Assembly (NCBI RefSeq): GCF_000284455.1
Contig: NC_017039.1
Location: forward strand, 2,460,001-2,492,000
DNA: 32,000 nucleotides
Source: Synechocystis sp. PCC 6803 substr. PCC-P
GTDB taxonomy: Bacteria; Cyanobacteriota; Cyanobacteriia; Cyanobacteriales; Microcystaceae
Direction: 5' to 3'
In this document: piece by piece, positions 20,551 through 28,151 of the stretch
Position numbering within the stretch: position 1 is the stretch's first letter
Layout: each line of letters starts with the position of its first letter
Notes under the pieces: generated by a model
Seen by the model: the letters and a program-made list of their open reading frames with translations, nothing else
What the model was told of the DNA's origin: nothing
Database searches by the model: none
Position numbers and translations under genes: made by a program

Positions 20551-21421
20551 GAAAGTGTTTGAAAAGTTTTAAGCAAGCCTTTGAAGCATGAGATGAACCA
20601 TGGCAACATAGAGCATGGTCTCACTGGTGGTAGGTAAATATTCATAATCCTTGCTTAAACGACGATAGCGACCAAACCAAGCAAAGGTGCGCTCGACTAC
20701 CCAACGGCGGGGTAAGACTTCAAAACCTTTTTGTCCCTGCTTTTTGCTGACGACATTCAAATTCCAACCAAAAGTATGCTCCACCCAATAGATAAAATCC
20801 TTTCCGCCAAAGGTGCTATCAGTCCATATAACTTGCAGGCACTGCCAAAGGGGAGCAAACCAGGTAGCAAGTAGAATCAGACCCTGATGGTCGGAGCGAT
20901 GGGCACCATGGACGACAACATCGAGAAGTAATCCCATGGTATCCACGAGGATTGTACGTTTACGACCATTGACCTTTTTTCCGCCGTCATAGCCAGTTTC
21001 TTGGCCAGTTCCAGCCTTTTTAAGTGACTGTGAATCTAAACAACCGGCACTAGGGTGAGTATTTCTTCCAGCTTTGAGCCGAACTTTCTCACGGAAGATA
21101 CGGTTTAATTTTTTCCAGGTACCATCTTCGTGCCATGGCTGGAAATAACCATAGACCGTTCGCCATTTAGGAAAATCATGGGGCAGAAGTCGCCAGGCAC
21201 ACCCCGTTCTGAGCATGTAAAAAATAGCATTGAGTATCTCCCGCAGACTAGTTTTCCGTTTTCTTCCCCCAGTTTTTGCTTTGGGTAAATGAGGTTCTAC
21301 CAATTGCCACTGGCTATCTGTGATGTCCGTGCTGTAAAATTCTCGAATTATCATTAATTATGGTGAAAATTTTATTCTTTTCACCATTTTCCATTCTTCA
21401 CCCTACTTTTCAAACACGCTC
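20551..21421 (-). mobile_element. Intact IS5-family insertion sequence (about 871 bp; ISY523-like by recall)
   Basis: Terminal inverted repeats are GAAAGTGTTTGAAAAGT (left) and GAGCGTGTTTGAAAAGT (reverse complement of the right end). Direct TAA lies at 20548-20550 and 21422-21424, so the boundaries are ambiguous by 1 nt if the duplication is CTAA. A single transposase ORF fills the element. Confidence 0.85.
20569..21354 (-). CDS. IS5-family DDE transposase
   Basis: 261-aa ORF. The N-terminal ITDSQWQLVEPHLP...GRKRKTSLREILNAIFYMLRTGCAWRLLP is a DUF4096-type HTH. DDE candidates lie in ILVDTMG, IWTDSTFGG and VVERTFAWF. Confidence 0.9.
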   Translation of the reverse strand: MIIREFYSTDITDSQWQLVEPHLPKAKTGGRKRKTSLREILNAIFYMLRTGCAWRLLPHDFPKWRTVYGYFQPWHEDGTWKKLNRIFREKVRLKAGRNTHPSAGCLDSQSLKKAGTGQETGYDGGKKVNGRKRTILVDTMGLLLDVVVHGAHRSDHQGLILLATWFAPLWQCLQVIWTDSTFGGKDFIYWVEHTFGWNLNVVSKKQGQKGFEVLPRRWVVERTFAWFGRYRRLSKDYEYLPTTSETMLYVAMVHLMLQRLA

Positions 21422-21468
21422 TAAGCCATAAATTTATCCTCAACAAATCCTAATAACAAAATTTATTT

Positions 21469-22653
21469 ATGCGTATATTTATTAGCACGGGGGAAGTTTC
21501 CGGAGATTTGCAAGGATCTCTGCTGGTCGGAGCATTAAGACAGCAAGCTGAAGAGCAAAACTTAGAATTGGAACTGGTGGGTTTGGGGGGAGAAAAAATG
21601 GCCGCTGCCGGTCTGACGTTGCTGGCCAATACGGCGGCGATCGGCTCTGTGGGCTTGACGGAGTCCCTGCGGTTTATTATTCCCACTTGGCAGATTCAAC
21701 AACGGGTTAAACGTTATTTAAAAACTAATCCCATTGATTTGTTAGTCTTGATTGATTACATGGGACCCAATTTAACCATTGCTAATTATTTACGGAAAAC
21801 CTATCCCAATCTGCCAATTTTGTACTATATCGCCCCCCAGGCCTGGGTGTGGTCCCCCACGAAAAGGGAAACGGCCCAGATTATGGCGGTAACCGATCGC
21901 CTGTTGGCCATTTTTCCAGGGGAAGCGGAATTTTTCCAAAAACAAGGTTTGGATGTGACCTGGGTGGGCCATCCCTTGTTAGACCGCATTACCAAGGAGG
22001 CCCCCAGTCGAGGGTCAGCCCGTGAAAAGTTAGGCATTGACCATAACGAAACGGTAATTACCCTCCTACCCGCTTCCCGCATTCAGGAACTGCGTTACCT
22101 GTTGCCGTCCATTTGTGGTGCCGCCCAACAATTGCAGAGCCAATTACCCAATGTAAAACTGCTGTTGCCCGTTTCCCTTAAGGATTATCAACCTCAAATC
22201 GAACAAACCCTCAAGGAATTTAATCTCACGGTGCAACTGTTGGAAGGGAAAGAAACGCTGACGGCGATCGCCGCGGCTGATTTGGCCATCACCAAGTCGG
22301 GAACGGTGAATCTGGAAATTGCTTTACTAAATGTGCCCCAGGTTATCCTTTATCGGGTTAGTCCTTTGACCATGGCGATCGCCAGACGGATTTTTAAATT
22401 TAATCTACCCTTCGTTTCCCCTACCAACATTGTGCTCAACCGGGGCATTATGCCGGAACTACTCCAGGAACAGGCCACCGCCAGCAACATTGCCCAAGCT
22501 GGATTGGAATTGCTTCTAAACGGCGATCGCCAAGCAAAAATTGCCCAGGATTACCAAGAATTAAGGGAAGCATTAGGGGAACCGGGGGTATGTGAGCGAG
22601 CCGCCCAGGCTGTCTTGGAGTTTGCCAATGGGCAACAAAAAAGCAGGGCTTAA
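21469..22653 (+). CDS. lpxB: Lipid-A-disaccharide synthase
   Basis: 394-aa ORF. MRIFISTGEVSGDLQGSLLVGAL is the LpxB N-terminal GE.SGD motif, and the length is typical. Confidence 0.9.
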   Translation: MRIFISTGEVSGDLQGSLLVGALRQQAEEQNLELELVGLGGEKMAAAGLTLLANTAAIGSVGLTESLRFIIPTWQIQQRVKRYLKTNPIDLLVLIDYMGPNLTIANYLRKTYPNLPILYYIAPQAWVWSPTKRETAQIMAVTDRLLAIFPGEAEFFQKQGLDVTWVGHPLLDRITKEAPSRGSAREKLGIDHNETVITLLPASRIQELRYLLPSICGAAQQLQSQLPNVKLLLPVSLKDYQPQIEQTLKEFNLTVQLLEGKETLTAIAAADLAITKSGTVNLEIALLNVPQVILYRVSPLTMAIARRIFKFNLPFVSPTNIVLNRGIMPELLQEQATASNIAQAGLELLLNGDRQAKIAQDYQELREALGEPGVCERAAQAVLEFANGQQKSRA

Positions 22654-22660
22654 ACCCTGC
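22637..22660 (-). terminator. Intrinsic terminator of petF, embedded in the lpxB 3' end
   Basis: The minus strand reads GCAGGG-TTTAAG-CCCTGC followed by TTTTTTG, 55 nt after the petF stop. The lpxB stop codon (22651-22653) lies in the loop. Confidence 0.7.
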
Positions 22661-22715
22661 CGTGGACAATTATGAAACTATCAAACTCACTAGCCCATGG
22701 CCAGCATTATTACCC

Positions 22716-23009
22716 TTAGTAGAGGTCTTCTTCTTTGTGGGTTTCAATGGTGCAATCGGAGGTGGGATAAGCTACACAGGTCAAAACATAACCAGCTTCA
22801 ATTTGGTCATCATCCAAGAAAGACTGATCGGATTGGTCAACACTACCAGCGGTGATCTTACCGGCACAGGTGGAGCAAGCCCCAGCACGGCAGGAATAGG
22901 GCAGGTCTAGGCCAGCTTCTTCCGCAGCATCGAGGATATAGGTATCGTCAGAGCATTCGATGGAACTTTCACCATCGGGGGTGATCAATTTAACGGTATA
23001 GGATGCCAT
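22716..23009 (-). CDS. petF: Plant-type [2Fe-2S] ferredoxin I
   Basis: 97-aa [54 protein letters not shown] carries the CxxxxCxxC...C cluster motif. Recalled as ssl0020. Confidence 0.98.
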   Translation of the reverse strand: MASYTVKLITPDGESSIECSDDTYILDAAEEAGLDLPYSCRAGACSTCAGKITAGSVDQSDQSFLDDDQIEAGYVLTCVAYPTSDCTIETHKEEDLY

Positions 23010-23471
23010 AGATGTTTCCTCTTCTCAAAAAAACAGTAGAGAGATTGCCTCATGAAGCCTCCATCGGGACAACTATATCCAGATCGAGCTACTTCAAAAA
23101 ACTTAACTGTTCTGATACTACGGGAAAATCTTGAATTGACAAGGAAGCATTAGCAATGAAATGGCTAGGCCTTAATCGGATAACCTTTACTTATGTTTTT
23201 GCCCAGAGTGTTTTTGCCCCTCGGCCTGGCAATTATAAAATTAAGGAAAGGCTAGAACCCTAGGAATTAAGGGAGTTTTAAGGACCGGGAGGGCAAAGAT
23301 GGAAAGAATTAATCTTCCTCGGGTTTGACGATAAGATTGTCTAATCATTGCTGAAAATACCCCTCCGAACCCGGGCTGCAGCGGTGCCCCAACAAAATGG
23401 CAAAATAGACGGCAATGGCCAGTGGTTCCATGAAAAAATTTCCCCTTGCCCTCTGAGCAAAGCTTAAATGT

Positions 23472-24020
23472 ATGTATGACGACGACCAGCGCCGCGATCG
23501 CCGCTTACCCCTGGCCCCATTGGAACGGCGAGGCTATGGCTACCTGTTGGATTTTGTCGTGATTTGGTTATTCAGCAGTTTAGCTACGGGTTGGGTCCAG
23601 CTACTAATTTTTTTGGTTGGTTGGTTTGCCCTGAGGGTAGTTTTAGTGTCCGCTAACCAGGGGCAAAGTTTGGGGGGCTGGGCTTTCGACACTAGGGTGG
23701 TACACCTGAAAATGAAACGTTTACCGGGCATTTTGGAACTGAGTCAACGGGAAGGTATTTTGGGGGCTGCCTCCTACCTAGCCATGGTGGGTTTAAACAT
23801 CAACTTTGCCAATGGGGTAAGTTTTTTGCTTTTGGTGGCTCCCCTGTTTGGAGATTTAATCTGGGCGATCGCCGAGGATGGTCTGGGACAAGCGTTCCAT
23901 GACCGGGTTGCCGGGACAGTAGTGTTGAGCAGTCGGCGTGGTTTTTCCCTCGATCTGAGGCTAAAAAAGTTTTGGTTTGACCTGAAAAAACAATGGGACA
24001 ATCGACAAAGAAGACGGTAA
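23472..24020 (+). CDS. RDD-family-like small membrane protein
   Basis: 182-aa ORF with an Arg-rich N-terminus then RRGYGYLLDFVVIWLF. It has 3-4 hydrophobic segments and a basic C-terminal tail. The family call is tentative. Confidence 0.45.
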   Translation: MYDDDQRRDRRLPLAPLERRGYGYLLDFVVIWLFSSLATGWVQLLIFLVGWFALRVVLVSANQGQSLGGWAFDTRVVHLKMKRLPGILELSQREGILGAASYLAMVGLNINFANGVSFLLLVAPLFGDLIWAIAEDGLGQAFHDRVAGTVVLSSRRGFSLDLRLKKFWFDLKKQWDNRQRRR

Positions 24021-24432
24021 GTACGGTAAGTAATTCATCGGGAGTAGACTTCAGAAATCATCACCATGAAATGCTGAAATGTCCTGAACGGCCACAGATG
24101 GGAACTTTTGGCACTTCCAGCCCCATCTATAGGCCCAGCTTGGCGGTCCGTATCTGGCCGATTTGTAAACTGAATGTTACAAATTGACTTATCCGTTATA
24201 GGATGTTAAGCATAATTGCCTAGACAATGGGTTTTAACAGTTATTGCTGCACAAGCCCATCGAATGCTAAAAACACATTGGTTAATGAACATAATTTGTT
24301 GATCTTGTCTGGGTTGTCCTGGGATGGACGTTGGTGGAATCTAAGCAACAATGGGTTGACAATTCTCCCGATGACTAAACCAAAGGACTGGTGTTAACTT
24401 TTGTCCCCTTTTGTTGGAGGTTGTGAAAACCC

Positions 24433-25749
24433 GTGCTTCAAGTTGCTACTCCTACCGCTACCGAAGAAACCCAGACGGTCATTGAAATTGAAGGCCGGGC
24501 CTCCCTAAAAGGGGAAGTTCGCATCAGTGGGGCTAAAAATTCCGCTTTGGCCATCATGGCCGGCACCATCCTTTGTTCCGACGACTGTCGTCTTAGTAAT
24601 CTGCCCGCTCTGGCGGATATTGACAAAATGTGCCAAATTTTGGCGGCCATTGGGGTCAATCTAGAACGGGATGGCGATCGCCTCGTAGTGGATTCCAGTA
24701 ATGTGGGCCATGGCCCTGCCCCCTATGAGTTAGTGTCCCAACTGCGGGCTAGCTTTTTCGTCATTGGCCCTTTACTGTCCCGTTTAGGCATGACCAAAGT
24801 ACCCCTGCCTGGGGGATGCGCCATTGGGACTCGGCCCGTTGATCTCCATGTGCGGGGTTTGCAGGCCATGGGAGCAGACGTTCACATCGAGCATGGGGTA
24901 GTCAATGCCAGCATCAAGGGCCACAGCCGTCGTTTGACCGGAGCTAAAATTTATCTGGATTATCCCAGCGTAGGGGCCACGGAAACTATCCTCATGGCCG
25001 CCACCCTAGCGGAAGGAGAAACAGTAATTGATAACGCCGCCCGGGAACCGGAAATTGTTGATTTGGCCAACTTCTGCCGTTCCATGGGAGCCCAAATCCG
25101 GGGGGATGGTTCTAGCCGCATTATTATCAACGGGGTGGAAAAACTCCACAGCACCGACTTTCCCATTATTCCTGATCGCATTGAGGCCGCTACGTTCCTC
25201 TGTGCCGGGGCCATCACCCATTCCGAAATTAGTCTTTTCCCTGTGGTGCCAGATCACCTCGCCTCCGCCATTGCCAAGTTGCGGGAAATTGGCCCCGAAG
25301 TGGCGATCGATGCCCCGGATCGGGTGCGTTTGATTCCCCGGGATCTGCGGGGGACAGATATCGAAACTTTGCCTTACCCCGGTTTTCCCACCGATATGCA
25401 AGCCCAATTCATGGCCCTGTTGGCAGTGAGTGAGGGTAATAGCGTAGTCACGGAAACCGTATTTGAAAACCGTCTCCAGCACGTAGCGGAGTTACAGCGG
25501 ATGGGGGCCAACATTAAGCTCAAAGGTAATGCCGCCTTTATCCAAGGAGTGCCTTTCCTTTCCGGTGCGCCGGTCATGTCCACGGATTTACGAGCTTCGG
25601 CGGCCCTGGTAATTGCGGGGTTAGCGGCGGAAGGCAAAACCATTGTCCAAGGTCTGCGCCATTTAGACCGGGGTTATGAGGACATTGAAGGCAAACTGCG
25701 CAAACTGGGGGCTAAGTTAACCAGGATTGAACAGCCCGTCACTCTTTAA
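24433..25749 (+). CDS. murA: UDP-N-acetylglucosamine 1-carboxyvinyltransferase
   Basis: 438-aa ORF with a GTG start; a stop lies 3 codons upstream in frame, and GGAGG lies 12 nt upstream. [19 protein letters not shown], the active-site Cys context [14 protein letters not shown] and the C-terminal [15 protein letters not shown] are present. Confidence 0.95.
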   Translation: MLQVATPTATEETQTVIEIEGRASLKGEVRISGAKNSALAIMAGTILCSDDCRLSNLPALADIDKMCQILAAIGVNLERDGDRLVVDSSNVGHGPAPYELVSQLRASFFVIGPLLSRLGMTKVPLPGGCAIGTRPVDLHVRGLQAMGADVHIEHGVVNASIKGHSRRLTGAKIYLDYPSVGATETILMAATLAEGETVIDNAAREPEIVDLANFCRSMGAQIRGDGSSRIIINGVEKLHSTDFPIIPDRIEAATFLCAGAITHSEISLFPVVPDHLASAIAKLREIGPEVAIDAPDRVRLIPRDLRGTDIETLPYPGFPTDMQAQFMALLAVSEGNSVVTETVFENRLQHVAELQRMGANIKLKGNAAFIQGVPFLSGAPVMSTDLRASAALVIAGLAAEGKTIVQGLRHLDRGYEDIEGKLRKLGAKLTRIEQPVTL

Positions 25750-25772
25750 AAATTCCGTTGATTTGATTGGGG

Positions 25773-25804
25773 GACTAATGGGCGATCGCCTGTTAGTCTT
25801 TTTT
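25773..25804 (+). terminator. Intrinsic terminator of murA, with a HIP1 palindrome in the stem
   Basis: GACTAA-tgGGCGATCGCCtg-TTAGTC followed by TTTTTT. The inner GGCGATCGCC is self-complementary and extends the stem. Confidence 0.75.
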
Positions 25805-25853
25805 CTTGACTGTTGATAATGCCTTTGCCACCGGAGTATTTGCAAATTTTGCC

Positions 25854-27254
25854 ATGGTAAATTCCCACCGCCTTGAAACCGACAGTATGGGGTCCCTGGA
25901 AGTCCAAGCCGATCGCCTGTGGGGAGCGCAAACCCAACGTTCCCTGATGTTTTTTGACATTGGTAGCGATGTGATGCCGCCGGATTTAATTCGGGCCTTT
26001 GCCATACTCAAAAAGGCAGCCGCCATTACCAATCAGGATTTGGGTAAATTACCAGCGGACAAGGCAGAGTTAATCATTACGGCAGCGGACGAAATCATTG
26101 CCGGGCAGTGGTTAGACCATTTCCCTCTAAGGATTTGGCAAACGGGCAGTGGCACTCAAACCAACATGAACGTGAACGAAGTGATTGCCAATCGGGCGAT
26201 CGCCATTTGTGGGGGAGAATTGGGCAGTAAAAATCCCATCCATCCCAATGACCACGTCAACATGTCCCAGTCGTCTAACGATACTTTTCCTACGGCGATG
26301 CACATTGCGGCGGTGGCAGGTTTACAAACCAAGTTGATTCCCAGTTTGCAAGCTCTGAGAGATAGCCTGAATGAAAAAGCGGAATGTTTTGCAGGCATCA
26401 CTAAAATTGGCCGCACCCATTTGATGGACGCAGTGCCCCTAACGTTAGGGCAGGAATTTTCCGGTTACGTGGCCCAGTTAGACCAAGGGCTGACCCAAAT
26501 TAATTATTGTTTACCCGGTCTTTTGGAATTGGCCCTGGGGGGAACGGCGGTGGGTACAGGGTTAAATAGTCATCCCCAATTTGCTAAAAAAGTGGCCGAA
26601 GAAATTGCCCAGTTAACTGGTTATACCTTCATTTCTGCCCCCAACAAATTCGCCGCCCTAGCTGGCCACGAGGCGATCGCCTTTGCCAGTGGCGTGCTGA
26701 AAAGTATTGCCGCTTCCCTGATGAAAATTGCCAATGATTTGCGCTGGATGGGGTCTGGGCCCCGCTGCGGCTTGGGGGAATTAGCCTTACCAGCCAATGA
26801 ACCAGGTTCTTCGATCATGCCCGGGAAAGTAAACCCCACCCAATGCGAAGCCATGACCATGGTTTGTGTGCAGGTAATGGGGAACGATGCCACCATTGGT
26901 TTTGCGGCCAGCCAAGGTAATTTTGAGCTCAATGTTTTTAAGCCAGTGATTATTCATAATTTCCTCCATTCGTTACATTTACTCAGCGATGCTTGTGCTA
27001 GTTTTCGCCAACATTTAGTGGTGGGATTACAAGTAAACGAAAGCAAGGTTAAAGACTTTTTGGACACCTCTTTAATGTTAGTCACCGCCCTCAATCCCCA
27101 CATTGGCTACGACAATGCGGCCCTCGTGGCTAAAACTGCCTTTGCCCAAGGCATTACCCTCAAACAAGCCGCGGTGGATTTAGGTTTACTCACCCCAGCC
27201 CAGTTCGACGCTTGGGTCGTTCCAGAGCAGATGATTGCCCCGATTGCTGACTAG
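25854..27254 (+). CDS. fumC: Fumarate hydratase, class II
   Basis: [25 protein letters not shown] is the FumC N-terminus, and [16 protein letters not shown] is the signature loop. The ATG at 25854 is preferred, because the TTG at 25806 used by the ORF track starts immediately after the murA terminator T-run and adds a non-conserved extension. Confidence 0.93.
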
Positions 27255-27309
27255 AAATTTTGCAAAAAAACGTAAAATATTGGCATTTATTAATAGAATG
27301 GGGCAGGAC

Positions 27310-27765
27310 TTACGCAAAAGAAAACTTAAGAGCAGGGGAACGAAGCTGTTGATGCAGGAAATCAGACCATGGTTGATGGGATATTTCGTAGACTGTCAAT
27401 GGGCTATTAACCGCTTGACGACGAAGAAAATTCCAGACCTGTAAGGCACAGTGAATATGATTACGTTGAATGGGTCCCTTGCGACATTGACAGGCTTCTA
27501 CACCAGTCAACTGCTTTAGTTCACGATGAAAATGCTCAATCTTCCAGCGCACCCGACACTCCTCTCGTGTCGCCTGAGTCGAATCTTGAGATAAGTAATT
27601 AGTCACGACGAATTCCGTCCGGTGTGGTGACACCGTAACTCGGAACAGTTTCACTTTTTTGTGAGCCGGAAAGCCTCGAATTTTAATCACTTTCCCTTGC
27701 TGTATTTCGGATGCATCCCATAGCAGTGCATCTACCCGTTGGTATGGAGAAGTGCAGTAACCTCT
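27310..27765 (-). pseudogene. C-terminal fragment of an IS4-superfamily DDE transposase (truncated IS copy)
   Basis: The frame is open from 27765 down to the stop at 27310 but has no credible start, and the N-terminal half, with the first two catalytic Asp residues, is missing. It contains CRVRWKIEHFHRELK, which fits the R(3)E(6)K part of the IS4 Y(2)R(3)E(6)K signature. Confidence 0.75.
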
Positions 27766-27768
27766 TCA

Positions 27769-27843
27769 GCTTTGAAGACATAGTGGGGGGCGGCGACCTG
27801 GATTACAACGATGTAATTTTGGAATTTTTCCCGGTCATCTAGG
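27769..27843 (+). pseudogene. C-terminal stub of a DUF4114-type gene (SFEDIVGGGDLDYNDVILEFFPVI*)
   Basis: The translated frame ends with FED..GGGD.DYND.V..F, which is the conserved C-terminal block of DUF4114 domains as I recall them. There is no upstream coding continuation, and it abuts the truncated IS fragment. Confidence 0.5.
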
Positions 27844-27883
27844 CGAAGTTCCCCTAATGTTTTACGATGGTGAAAGCTTTGCG

Positions 27884-27954
27884 CGGGTATAGTTTAGTGG
27901 TAAAACGAAAGCCTCCCATGCTTTAGTTGGGGGTTCGATTCCCCCTACCCGCTT
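27884..27954 (+). tRNA. tRNA-Gly (anticodon CCC)
   Basis: Hand-folded cloverleaf: acceptor GCGGGTA/TACCCGC, D arm GTTT-AGTGGTA-AAAC, anticodon arm AAAGC-CTCCCAT-GCTTT, 4-nt variable loop, T arm GGGGG-TTCGATT-CCCCC, discriminator T. CCA is not encoded. Confidence 0.93.
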
Positions 27955-28151
27955 TGTTTCTTGACAAAATTTTAATCGAAGCCCAAGATTTTTTCGGCAG
28001 CGTTATTGCCAAGCAGTCCGCGACTTGAGGTTCTGCTTAGACCGGAGCTTTTCAGCCCAAGGTGACTAGGCTAGCATTTCTCCTTTTGCGGCGATCGCCT
28101 TCTATGCGAATTTGTTTGGCAGACTTTGCTGACAGGTCCTAATCTAGGTCA

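Noticed and set aside
24164-24181. Possible NtcA (GTA-N8-TAC) or CRP (TGTGA-N6-TCACA) site
   Set aside because: The half-sites are separated by 10 nt (GTA...TAC) or 8 nt (TGTAA...TTACA), which fits neither consensus spacing.
23993-24187. 64-aa ORF downstream of the RDD-like gene. Similar short intergenic or overlapping ORFs occur at 19136-19437, 19680-20004, 27235-27444 and 30738-30926.
   Set aside because: They have no ribosome-binding sites, no family resemblance, and they overlap better-supported genes or IS debris.
25006-25482. 158-aa ORF antisense to murA, and similar ORFs at 24438-24659, 24960-25217, 25028-25333 and 25374-25643
   Set aside because: These are shadow ORFs within the murA coding frame with no supporting features.
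25806-25853. TTG-extended start for fumC. The same issue applies to TTG 19747 for mgtC, GTG 17854 for rbcX and TTG 12967 for the YrdC-like gene.
   Set aside because: The extensions add non-conserved N-terminal residues. For fumC, the extension starts immediately after the murA terminator T-run. In-frame ATGs give N-termini that match the families.
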